NCBI GenBank assembly: GCA_041743655.1
Contig: JBGTMJ010000018.1
Span: 11,225-75,224, forward strand
Origin: Candidatus Saccharimonadales bacterium
Lineage (GTDB): Bacteria > Patescibacteriota > Saccharimonadia > Saccharimonadales > UBA4665
Length of the DNA: 64,000 bases
Reading direction: 5' to 3'
The position numbers and the translations under genes are program-made. The notes below the pieces were generated by a model. The model saw nothing but the letters and a program-made list of their open reading frames with translations. It had not been told where the DNA came from and made no database searches. Position 1 is the stretch's first letter; each line of letters starts with the position of its first letter. Positions 37,897 to 46,738 of the stretch are shown in pieces.

Positions 37897-39897
37897 ATGA
37901 TTCTGGAGGGGAAACTCAAACCATGGTTTGATGCCTGTATTACCATACTGCGTATACCTTTGGTGACTCCACTGATAGTCGGCCTGGTACTATCTACTAC
38001 ACCACTCCGATTCTTCGCTTTTGTCATTATTATATATGTTGGCGCTCGGCTATTGCCGTTGTCGATAGGTCTTATAGGGAAGGTAGTGGCTGCCTATTTG
38101 ATGATAGCCTCAGCCAACTGTATCATCGCGGGAGTCGCCTGGCTGCTTAAACTACAGCTTACTTCCGGTTTGCTTTTAAGCATATTGCTGTTCACCTTAC
38201 TCGTAACTGTCATGTTTATGCATAGCAAAAAGATTCGTTTACCGGCTATACCTAAGCTTTGGATGGGTGACGATTTGGTAGCAGTAGCTGTTGCCGTAGC
38301 GGCTCTGGTAATCCTCTTTCTGCCAGTCTTTCCGCGGCCCAATGCTAATACCTTAGCACCCGTCGTTATAGCAGGTGGTGACAATTCTGCACATATAGAA
38401 ATGCTGAAGACAAACGACTTTAACAGGGGTTATTCTATCGGTACCGACAACCGGTTTAATATGGCTTCAAATTTGTATGCTTATTCTCAGGGTTGGCATT
38501 TTAATGGTGCTTTTGTGAAATGGCTCATTGAGTCATTTGTATACATTGGTTCTTCGCCGAGCAGAATACTTGCCCTCTTTTATACCTATAGCGCTGTTTG
38601 GTTCGCTATTCTCGTATTCCTCATGACTCGTCTGTCACTAATGGTTGCATCTATCAATGGTAAACGCAAAGGTTGGTCGAGAATCGCAGCCGCTCTGATC
38701 TGCTCTCTTGGTGTCGCAGGTTGGGTCTTACCATTGTTTGCAAGTGGATTTGAACCGCAAATTGGCTCCCTTGCTCTTTTCTTGCTTGAAATCCTATTTT
38801 TGCTTGAAGCTTATGACAGACCGGCAGATAGGCGATACGGGTACCTACTATTGGCTGGTTTTGCAGCGGCAACCCTTAGTTTTGTGTGGGTCTTCTTGTT
38901 ACCTCTTGCGGCGCTTAGCCTTCTTCTATTTGTAGGCCACACATACTTTACAACCAAGCGAAAACGCCCCCCTATCTATTTTATGCTCATTGGTGCTCTG
39001 TTGGGTCTGACATCTTTCTTCCAGATATATATTCAGATGACTCATCCCGAATCAGGTGGAGGCATTGATGCGTACGGTTACATACCCTATATGCCGCCAC
39101 TGTATCCTTTTATTGGTGTCATTCTAGCGGCCGGTCTGTACGTATATCTGCATTTTACATCATTAAAACTACGTATACTCTACATCTACGGGCTTCTTAC
39201 AATCGCTTTCGCTATTGGGATGATGGTCTATCAAGTAACGGCTTTCGACGAAGTGAGGTATTACTACTATAAATCATTGCATACAGTGGTAGTAATTGCC
39301 ATTATCCTCGTAGCAGCTATTGGCAGCAGGCTTCTTCAACAAGTACTTGTCCACCGTCCGCAAAAGATATCTCAAGCACCCCACACAGTACTAGTTATAG
39401 GTACACTGCTAGTACTCTTCGGCATAGCTTTCGTGGCTGTCAAATCTCCGCAGTTTGATGACTACTATCACAAACGAATTGCAGGGATAACTCCAGAGCA
39501 AGCCAACACCATGGTAGATCTTATTGCAGCCAATCCAATCAATGGTTTTCGCTACGCTCCTATTGGCAGCTGCGACCGGGGTAATGATATTAGGGCGATA
39601 TTGCTTGCACACGCTTTGGCTTATACGCCCGCCGCATACAAAGAACCTACTGTCGTCCTGGGACTAACTAGCAGCGACAAGCAATTCATCTATTGGCAAA
39701 TCAACCTTTTCCTTAAGCGACACAAAAAAGATTTGTACGTTATCAGTCGTGACCAAAGCCTGAATGCTGGCTTATTTGATTATGTAGGTGCTAACAGCCG
39801 TTTCATACACCTAATAGACGTTGATCCTGATCCACCAGCCACTCTCCTGGCTGATTGTCCTGGCCGACTGGGCCGCCAGCCGATCCCGATCAATTAG
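37897..39897 (+). CDS. polytopic membrane protein, GT-C-like candidate
   Basis: 666 aa, ~14 TM helices, soluble C-terminal ~170 aa. No SD; TGCAATAAT (37881..37889) ends 7 nt before the ATG. Confidence 0.55.
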   Translation: MILEGKLKPWFDACITILRIPLVTPLIVGLVLSTTPLRFFAFVIIIYVGARLLPLSIGLIGKVVAAYLMIASANCIIAGVAWLLKLQLTSGLLLSILLFTLLVTVMFMHSKKIRLPAIPKLWMGDDLVAVAVAVAALVILFLPVFPRPNANTLAPVVIAGGDNSAHIEMLKTNDFNRGYSIGTDNRFNMASNLYAYSQGWHFNGAFVKWLIESFVYIGSSPSRILALFYTYSAVWFAILVFLMTRLSLMVASINGKRKGWSRIAAALICSLGVAGWVLPLFASGFEPQIGSLALFLLEILFLLEAYDRPADRRYGYLLLAGFAAATLSFVWVFLLPLAALSLLLFVGHTYFTTKRKRPPIYFMLIGALLGLTSFFQIYIQMTHPESGGGIDAYGYIPYMPPLYPFIGVILAAGLYVYLHFTSLKLRILYIYGLLTIAFAIGMMVYQVTAFDEVRYYYYKSLHTVVVIAIILVAAIGSRLLQQVLVHRPQKISQAPHTVLVIGTLLVLFGIAFVAVKSPQFDDYYHKRIAGITPEQANTMVDLIAANPINGFRYAPIGSCDRGNDIRAILLAHALAYTPAAYKEPTVVLGLTSSDKQFIYWQINLFLKRHKKDLYVISRDQSLNAGLFDYVGANSRFIHLIDVDPDPPATLLADCPGRLGRQPIPIN

Positions 39898-42725
39898 AGA
39901 TTACTACCTGTCTGCAGTGAGTTAATAAGTGCCTCTGAGACAGACATATATGGAGCGTATTGGGCATTGTAGGTTGCTGGCGATGTGATAAATCGCTTGG
40001 TACCGTTCTCGATTTTGAAGATACCCGGTCCGGCACCTTTGATTGATTTTTGTGCAGACCCAGTGAATAACAATAGATCTAGGAAACCGTTACTGACTGT
40101 CGGAACACTGAGGGATCCGGAATTAGTCCACTGGTTTAAAATAGCCGTATCGCTGAAGACGCGCTTACCGCCGCCGTCAATGGCAAAATAGGCGTTGTCT
40201 GTAGCCTTGATAACCACACTCGACCAAACAGAAATAGTATTGGGGGCAATACCTGGATCAAGCGGTGTAAATGCGGGATTATTGCCGCCAACGTTGGCTA
40301 GTTGTGTATCATCCGCGGTGTACCAATTACCTGACTCAATCACAAACTTACGATTATCGCCTTGCTGGTTGGATCGCGCGAATCTATACAATGCCTGAAT
40401 ACTCATAGAATTGGGTACCGCCTGAGAACTCATCTCTGGTGCATTTTTTATGTTCCAGACATCGGCAATACTGGGGTCGACTGTCGCATATGCCTTACCG
40501 CCACTAATAAGATAGTAGGTCCCATCAGCGCCGCGCGCCTTAGACTGTAGGGCCCCGGCTGTAGTTACTCTATCCACCGTCCCATCAGAAAGGGCCTGCG
40601 CATTACTAAGGCCCCAGTCTCCAGCTATGCTCGGGCTGACTGTCCACTTTTTACCATTATCAATCAAATAGTTAGTTCCAGCATTCGATACATATGTACT
40701 AAGGCTGCTAGCAGTCCCCATAGCGTTTACTATGTAAAAAGAGAGCTCAGTGGGTGTTGCTTGCTGGCCGCCCCAAGCTTTCATGGTACTGGAGCTTACC
40801 TGTCGTCGGTTACCGCTGTCATCTAGAAAGTATATTGTCGATGAGTCATTACTCTTTATGAAAGCCGTTACAGCCGTCGTGGTAGGGTAAAGAGCCATCA
40901 GGGAACTGCTAGCAGTAAGAACTGGGCCCGAATTCCTGTACGCAGTGTCCAGGCTGGGTGGGATAGGAACCTTACGTCGATTGATAAGATACAGTTGGCC
41001 ACCACTATCTGCTAGATATCCGTTTAAGTTTGCCCCTTGGGCAATCAAATTAAGAAAGCTGTTATTAACAATAGTGACATCTTGTGTCGGCGTACTCCAG
41101 GCATTGAGAGCTTCTGAGGACGGTAATGGGTATCTAACACCGTTATCAACGACATATACTGGGCTTGTCGGTGACTGAATAACCTGTGTTACATTAGGAC
41201 CGACGCTTAGCCGCCCGATCGTAGCCCACGATACAGTGTGCGCTGTTCCAGTAAATATTGAGGACACGGCGCTGGTCTGCCATAACCTATAACCATTAAC
41301 AATTTGGTATTCTGCGCCGCCGCATATTACCTTTGTACTAGCTAGCGTTGTACCAATGGCATTATCGATAGCGTTGAAATAGCCACTTGATAGTGTGATA
41401 TAGCCGGCATTCATACCTTCCCAAGCTCTAAAAACATCACTATTCTGATATGCCCGCAGGACTGTTTGGCCTTGAGTATTTGCACCGTCAACCAAATAAA
41501 TAGTAGAACTATCTGGACCCTTCATGGCATATGTTAAGTCACCGCCATCCGTTGGCACATTAAATAGCCCCTGGCTGACCCGGCTGACCACTTTTCCTCG
41601 TAGATTCCAAGTATCAAGCATAGCATCCCAAGGAATACGATACCGCTTACCATTATCAAGGAAGTAGACTGTCGGTTCATTATTCATACGCATTAACCTG
41701 TCAAGTGGCGGCCCGGTAGTAATAGTAGCGAGATAACTGGAGGGGAAGGTTATGGGCGTAAGAGCATCTAGACCCCACGCCTTTTTAGTCTCCACGTCAG
41801 AAACCATTTGTTTGACTCCAGTATAAATCACATATTGCGTAGCACTGCCATCATCGGTCACTGCGAATGTGAAGCCATCATTCCAGGTGCTGCCAAACCA
41901 ATCATTGTATAACCGCCAGAAGTTGCGGTTACCATATGCGCCACAGCCATCACCACTTCCATAGAGGTTATTGAGGGCGGACTGGTTTGGCTGATAGGGG
42001 GTGTAGTTGTACAGCCCGGCAGTTGCTTGGTTTTCCATTACAATGCTCGAACCACCACATGAACCAACGGGATTATATTGAACGTAGCTTGACCGTCCAG
42101 CCCGGTGATTATACAGATGGGCATCGCGAGAATACTTCTTAAATTGACGGGCCGCGTTATATACCTGATTGAAAAAGCCGTAATACTCCGAATCGCAAGG
42201 CGCTGAGTCTGGGCAACCATAACCCGTTGCACTTCTGTACTGAAGAGGCCAAGGCCAATCATCGGTAACTAGCGACTGCTCCTTCTGGAGTAATACAATG
42301 AGCGCCTTTTGGCTTATTCCACAACTCTGGCCAACTGCATATATAATTTCTGCTGCTGATTTATTGCCACCCGAGTAACTACCACACAAGCCTGTTTCTG
42401 CATTTCGTGCAGGAGTGTCTTGACGAAAGTCTTTTAAGCAAGTGTAGGGAGGCGGATACCCTTTTGATGCACCATATGCAGCCCGGGTCGTCCCCCCACG
42501 TGGCTGGGTCCCATTCGTATCACACACTGGTACTTTACTGTTTAGAAAGTTTTGAATATCATTGGCTGCTAATGTACTGCCGTTGAAGAATACCCCATCA
42601 TCAATAATACGGCCAGGCCTAAAATCACCACCGTTGAGCGCAGAAGCGTTTCCGGGTGTAAAAACAACGAGCGAGAGCATTACTGCCAGTGCCGTACATA
42701 CAACTGTTTTTCTCAACGTATGCAT
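39894..42725 (-). CDS. secreted 943-aa protein: N-terminal Cys-rich hydrolase-like module plus ~12 tandem ~55-aa repeats
   Basis: Signal peptide (VVCTALAVMLSLVVFTPGNASA). N-terminal module contains ...GISQKALIVLLQKEQSLV.... Repeats follow x-Y-[LFV]-[IV]-[DE]-[NG]-G-[KR]-x-x-x-[IV]-x-[SP]...W, e.g. TVYFLDNGKRYRIPW, PVYVVDNGVRYPLPS, TNYLIDNGKKWTVSPS, IFKIENGTKRFITSP. Confidence 0.75.
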   Translation of the reverse strand: MHTLRKTVVCTALAVMLSLVVFTPGNASALNGGDFRPGRIIDDGVFFNGSTLAANDIQNFLNSKVPVCDTNGTQPRGGTTRAAYGASKGYPPPYTCLKDFRQDTPARNAETGLCGSYSGGNKSAAEIIYAVGQSCGISQKALIVLLQKEQSLVTDDWPWPLQYRSATGYGCPDSAPCDSEYYGFFNQVYNAARQFKKYSRDAHLYNHRAGRSSYVQYNPVGSCGGSSIVMENQATAGLYNYTPYQPNQSALNNLYGSGDGCGAYGNRNFWRLYNDWFGSTWNDGFTFAVTDDGSATQYVIYTGVKQMVSDVETKKAWGLDALTPITFPSSYLATITTGPPLDRLMRMNNEPTVYFLDNGKRYRIPWDAMLDTWNLRGKVVSRVSQGLFNVPTDGGDLTYAMKGPDSSTIYLVDGANTQGQTVLRAYQNSDVFRAWEGMNAGYITLSSGYFNAIDNAIGTTLASTKVICGGAEYQIVNGYRLWQTSAVSSIFTGTAHTVSWATIGRLSVGPNVTQVIQSPTSPVYVVDNGVRYPLPSSEALNAWSTPTQDVTIVNNSFLNLIAQGANLNGYLADSGGQLYLINRRKVPIPPSLDTAYRNSGPVLTASSSLMALYPTTTAVTAFIKSNDSSTIYFLDDSGNRRQVSSSTMKAWGGQQATPTELSFYIVNAMGTASSLSTYVSNAGTNYLIDNGKKWTVSPSIAGDWGLSNAQALSDGTVDRVTTAGALQSKARGADGTYYLISGGKAYATVDPSIADVWNIKNAPEMSSQAVPNSMSIQALYRFARSNQQGDNRKFVIESGNWYTADDTQLANVGGNNPAFTPLDPGIAPNTISVWSSVVIKATDNAYFAIDGGGKRVFSDTAILNQWTNSGSLSVPTVSNGFLDLLLFTGSAQKSIKGAGPGIFKIENGTKRFITSPATYNAQYAPYMSVSEALINSLQTGSNL

Positions 42726-42729
42726 ATCC

Positions 42730-43290
42730 TTATTTTACCTCAAACGTAACTGCCGAGGACTTTCCTTCGGCCTTATTGGATTGATAGGTCATCACTACCG
42801 ACCACATACCGGCTGCAGGTAAGTCAGACCGGGCAAAACGGATAGGGGTACATAGTGTTGTTGTTGCGTCTTGAAGACCACCTGAGCTTTTTTCAATCGT
42901 TTCATTATCTTTGGTAAATCGTGCAGTACAAGCTCCGCCGTTTTCGGTGACGCCTGACACATAGGCATAGACTTCAATCTCTTTTTGGTCAGTGGTTTGT
43001 TGGGCCGAGCTTATATGCACTGTAACCGAACTCTTTTGTCCATCAGGCTTCTTAGCTTCTTGTTCTGCGCGATCAACCACTCTCTGTTTGCTTTCTTCTG
43101 CTTGCTGCTTCTCTTCTTTGGTTGCAGGATTGTAGTTGATCCCACTTTCACTATCAATGCCTGTCTTTACCTGTGTTGTGACGTTATCTTGACGAGTACG
43201 AGAGTGCACAACTCCAGCCACAATAAGGCCAAGGGTAATAACAGCGGCCAGGATAAGTACTTTTTTTGATCGTAGTCTATCTAGTTTCAT
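42730..43290 (-). CDS. membrane-anchored small protein co-transcribed with the 943-aa repeat protein
   Basis: 186 aa. N-terminal TM (VLILAAVITLGLIVAGVV), charged linker, C-terminal beta-rich domain with two Cys. Its stop lies 4 nt before the next start. Confidence 0.6.
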   Translation of the reverse strand: MKLDRLRSKKVLILAAVITLGLIVAGVVHSRTRQDNVTTQVKTGIDSESGINYNPATKEEKQQAEESKQRVVDRAEQEAKKPDGQKSSVTVHISSAQQTTDQKEIEVYAYVSGVTENGGACTARFTKDNETIEKSSGGLQDATTTLCTPIRFARSDLPAAGMWSVVMTYQSNKAEGKSSAVTFEVK

Positions 43291-43418
43291 ATTTTTGTTT
43301 TATTAACTGTCTATATATCTATAGTATCATTTTTTGACAAAATATTGTCTATTCTGCTGTAATTTTCTCGTAACAATCTTTGGTCACAAGGTTCACGAAC
43401 AATGGGCGTAGAGGAGAT

Positions 43419-44690
43419 CTAACTAAGTTCTTTCTTCAAAATTCTGTCCAGGTGGTCAGTGTACTTGAACCAGGCAAACTCTTTGGCGTAATCAGAAACT
43501 GCTTGCGCCTGTTTGGCTGGATCTGACGGGTTGGCTGCCTCCCAAATAGCGTCCGCTAAACCCTGTGGGCTTGGTTCCGCGTATTGTACGTATTTGGGAT
43601 AATGAACCATTGTAGTGTATGGTGCTTTATTAACAACAGGTATGCAGCCGCTCGCCATCATTTCAACTGGCAGCAAGGACATACTCGTAAATGATAATGC
43701 CAAGCCTGTTGCACTCTCGTTATAAAGCTTGTTCAGATCTTCAGTATCCAAAATACGCCTATTTACGTACGGAAAAGGTAGCTCGTATCGACTAATGTCC
43801 CAGCCGATGCAATGGATCTCAAACTCTGGGTGTGCTTGGTGAAACAATTGTAAGGCCAAGACACCTAGCTCAAAGCCACGACGTGGTGTAACTGGGCGTG
43901 CATAGAATACAATCTTCTTCCGTTTTTTGATGTTTGTTAAGTAATACTCACTGGGCGTTATCCCCAAGGAAAGCTCGTCGCAGACCATACCATACTCCCG
44001 ACTTACCTTGTCGGTCACCCATGGGCTTGTTGATACACCGTGGAGGCCCATCTTATACGTATTATCAGCTAGGGCATTATAAGTGCCCGCTGGCTCAAAC
44101 ATCGCCTCATAATCTTGGAGGAAATAAAATTTCTTGGCGTTACCTTGATAGTTATAGACAGGGTAGGCGGTGGTCCATCCCGTAGCGAATATAGCATCAC
44201 ATGGAGCAAAGCTACCTTCATTATAGAAAAGCTCAGCCTTTATAGGCACATGATGTTTCATATTCTCTTTAATCTCTTTTAAAGAGTGCTTTTTGAGACC
44301 GTCATAAAAGTAAACCCTGCAGGCATGTCCTTTTGACTCTAAGGATTGAATCATTCTAAATATAACGGCATGACCACCTGAAACAGACCCGACTGGCGGC
44401 ACTATCCAGTTGAGGGTATAAGGAGGGTTGTGCTTCCTAAGTTTTAATTGAGGGGGTATCTTACGATAATCTGCTGCGACCAAATCTTCTTCGGTCGCTG
44501 GCCACAAAACAGTTAAAGGTTTACCGTCACCCCGCATCTCCCTTACTTCTGCAGCCCACTCATCATTACGGTCTTCAAGCCTCTTAACAACATTATGCAG
44601 TTCGGCTATTTCTTGTTCCTTCTGCCTTATATATAAACCAGTAACAGGTAGCCTACGGATAATACTGCTAGCAATCTTTCTAGGTTTCAC
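43419..44690 (-). CDS. glycosyltransferase, WsaF-like (rhamnosyltransferase family candidate)
   Basis: LNWIVPPVGSVSGGHAVIFRMIQSLESKGH resembles the WsaF N-terminal signature. GT-B-like C-terminal half. Lies in an operon with the ABC exporter. Confidence 0.65.
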   Translation of the reverse strand: MKPRKIASSIIRRLPVTGLYIRQKEQEIAELHNVVKRLEDRNDEWAAEVREMRGDGKPLTVLWPATEEDLVAADYRKIPPQLKLRKHNPPYTLNWIVPPVGSVSGGHAVIFRMIQSLESKGHACRVYFYDGLKKHSLKEIKENMKHHVPIKAELFYNEGSFAPCDAIFATGWTTAYPVYNYQGNAKKFYFLQDYEAMFEPAGTYNALADNTYKMGLHGVSTSPWVTDKVSREYGMVCDELSLGITPSEYYLTNIKKRKKIVFYARPVTPRRGFELGVLALQLFHQAHPEFEIHCIGWDISRYELPFPYVNRRILDTEDLNKLYNESATGLALSFTSMSLLPVEMMASGCIPVVNKAPYTTMVHYPKYVQYAEPSPQGLADAIWEAANPSDPAKQAQAVSDYAKEFAWFKYTDHLDRILKKELS

Positions 44691-45922
44691 GCTTTTCTAT
44701 CCTTTGCAGGCAGAGACCACCGAGCCTGCATATTAAACTCACCGTTGCTGCTTGGTGAAATTTCCTGCACAGTAACACGCGGGGACTTATAACCGTAGCT
44801 TGAATCAAGGATATCAATCAGCTCGGGAATATCTATCGAAGGCCACTCACAATAGGTATATAGTGCTGCGTTGACAAAATAATCGCCCTTAGTAAGCTGC
44901 CCAGCCTTAACTGTGCAGGTGATAGTGTGGCTTCCATAATCAGGCCTGTAGTGTTTGAGGTCAGTTGTCGTATTGATGCCTGCAAGATACCGTCCGTCTG
45001 GATGTACAAGAAACATATTAAACTGCACTTCGGTAGGGATTCTAACGGTAAAGTTAATGTCTACAATAATATCCTCATCGATACCAAACGTACGCTTGCC
45101 ATTCTTGGCCCGAACGATAATATCGTTCATGTGTACAGCAGCGTTTTTAGGACGATCAGACTTTCTATCACTAACTTCGGCGTCATGTGCTGCATTGGCA
45201 ACCTCATAATGTAGGGCAACCTCACGCGGCTTACCTAGCATCAGCATCTTCGAGTCTTCAATCATGAGCGCCCTATCGCAGTACTCTTGTACAGCGTTCA
45301 TGTCATGGGTAACGAATATAACGGTACGGCCGGACTTTTTGATCTTGTTAAAGACATCGAAACACTTACGCTGGAAATTTGCATCACCTACGGCCAATAC
45401 TTCGTCAATTAATAAGATATCGTTGTGTGCTTGAATGGCGATTGAAAATGCCAGTCTTACCTGCATGCCAGAGGAGTAGTTTTTGAGTTTCTGATCCATG
45501 AATTTATGCAGTTCGGCAAAGTCTACAATTTCTTGATACTTCTCGTGCACTTCCTTACGTGTAAGTCCTAGAATAGCACCGTTAAGATATACATTGTCTC
45601 GACCTGTCAGTTCGGGGTTAAAACCAATACCCAATTCGATAAAGGGTGTTAGAGTACCGTTTATATGCACCCTACCGCTGGTGGGTTGATAAATACCGCC
45701 AATAATCTTTAGTAATGTCGATTTACCACTACCGTTACGACCGACAATACCGAAGAACTCTCCACGTCTTACCTCGAAGTTAATGTCATGCAAAGCATGG
45801 AACTTATCATAGGTGGGCTTTTTGAAGCTTAGAACCCGTTCCTTCAATGAATCACGCCGTTCATGAGGCAGTCGGAAGTCCTTGTAAAGATGTTCGATAG
45901 AAATTGCAATATCTCTATTCAT
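44687..45922 (-). CDS. polysaccharide/teichoic-acid export ABC ATPase (Wzt/TagH type) with ~160-aa C-terminal extension
   Basis: Walker A GRNGSGKST, the FIELGIGFNPELTGRDNVYLNG motif typical of Wzt/TagH/KpsT, signature YSSGMQVRLAF, Walker B ILLIDEVL. Residues ~250-411 form an extra beta-rich domain. Confidence 0.9.
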   Translation of the reverse strand: MNRDIAISIEHLYKDFRLPHERRDSLKERVLSFKKPTYDKFHALHDINFEVRRGEFFGIVGRNGSGKSTLLKIIGGIYQPTSGRVHINGTLTPFIELGIGFNPELTGRDNVYLNGAILGLTRKEVHEKYQEIVDFAELHKFMDQKLKNYSSGMQVRLAFSIAIQAHNDILLIDEVLAVGDANFQRKCFDVFNKIKKSGRTVIFVTHDMNAVQEYCDRALMIEDSKMLMLGKPREVALHYEVANAAHDAEVSDRKSDRPKNAAVHMNDIIVRAKNGKRTFGIDEDIIVDINFTVRIPTEVQFNMFLVHPDGRYLAGINTTTDLKHYRPDYGSHTITCTVKAGQLTKGDYFVNAALYTYCEWPSIDIPELIDILDSSYGYKSPRVTVQEISPSSNGEFNMQARWSLPAKDRKA

Positions 45923-45925
45923 GGC

Positions 45926-46738
45926 TTACAGCTCCTCGGCAAAGTTACGCGATGCGCGCCGGAAATAAAAGCCAGCCACGACCGCAAGAGCCACGACCGC
46001 AACTACAGGAAGGATCCGGCCAGTGAATTGTGATTGAAAGACCTGTTTTGTCGTTAGTGTTTCAGGGGTAATAAGGACTGACCGTAAGTCTTGTAGAATT
46101 TGTGTCGCCGGATTAAAGCTGATGATTTCACGAATACGTTGCGGGGGCATTGTTAATGGATAGATAATCGGAACGGCGTAAAACAGAATTTGTAAAATAA
46201 CATCCCATATATGACTGATGTCACGGAATTTTACATATAGCGCCGCAAGCAGAAAGGCAAAACCCATTGCAAACACAACTAGTTCGGCAATGAGCGGAAT
46301 AGCCCACAGGGCACTCCAACGAACTTCTACACCGCTGATAACCATAAAAAATAGCACTACGACCATATTCAAGGCAAAGTTAACAAACGCTGACAATGTC
46401 GTACTGATGACGAGCGTATATTTCGGGATGCTCACTTTACGTACCAGATCACCCCTACCAGTAATAGCATTCATACCACTTACTGTGGCTTCGATAAAGA
46501 ACGTCCAGGCCACAATACCCAGCAATAGATATGCCGGGTAGTGGGGAACGCCATCGCCCAGTTTTACAACCTTTGTAAACACAACGTACAGCACCAAAAA
46601 AAGCATCAAGGGGCGCAATAGTGACCACATGTATCCTAACAGTGAACCTTGATAGCGCATTTTAAAGTCACTAGAAACCAGCTCGCGTATAAGGCTGCGG
46701 TTGCTAGGCTTAAATGCGCGCTTTACTGCAGCAATCAT
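45926..46738 (-). CDS. ABC-2 type polysaccharide export permease (Wzm/TagG type)
   Basis: 270 aa, six TM helices, N-terminal ...LIRELVSSDFKMRYQGSLLGYMWSLLRPL... signature. Confidence 0.88.
   Translation of the reverse strand: MIAAVKRAFKPSNRSLIRELVSSDFKMRYQGSLLGYMWSLLRPLMLFLVLYVVFTKVVKLGDGVPHYPAYLLLGIVAWTFFIEATVSGMNAITGRGDLVRKVSIPKYTLVISTTLSAFVNFALNMVVVLFFMVISGVEVRWSALWAIPLIAELVVFAMGFAFLLAALYVKFRDISHIWDVILQILFYAVPIIYPLTMPPQRIREIISFNPATQILQDLRSVLITPETLTTKQVFQSQFTGRILPVVAVVALAVVAGFYFRRASRNFAEEL

Noticed and set aside
43312-43340. Promoter candidates in the 43291-43418 spacer. Minus strand: TTGTCA-17-TATATA. Plus strand: TTGACA-18-TGTAAT pointing antisense into the WsaF-like gene.
   Set aside because: The region is AT-rich, so hexamer matches are cheap. 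The minus-strand candidate leaves only a ~15-nt SD-less leader. Not listed as a feature without transcript evidence, though it fits the leaderless theme.
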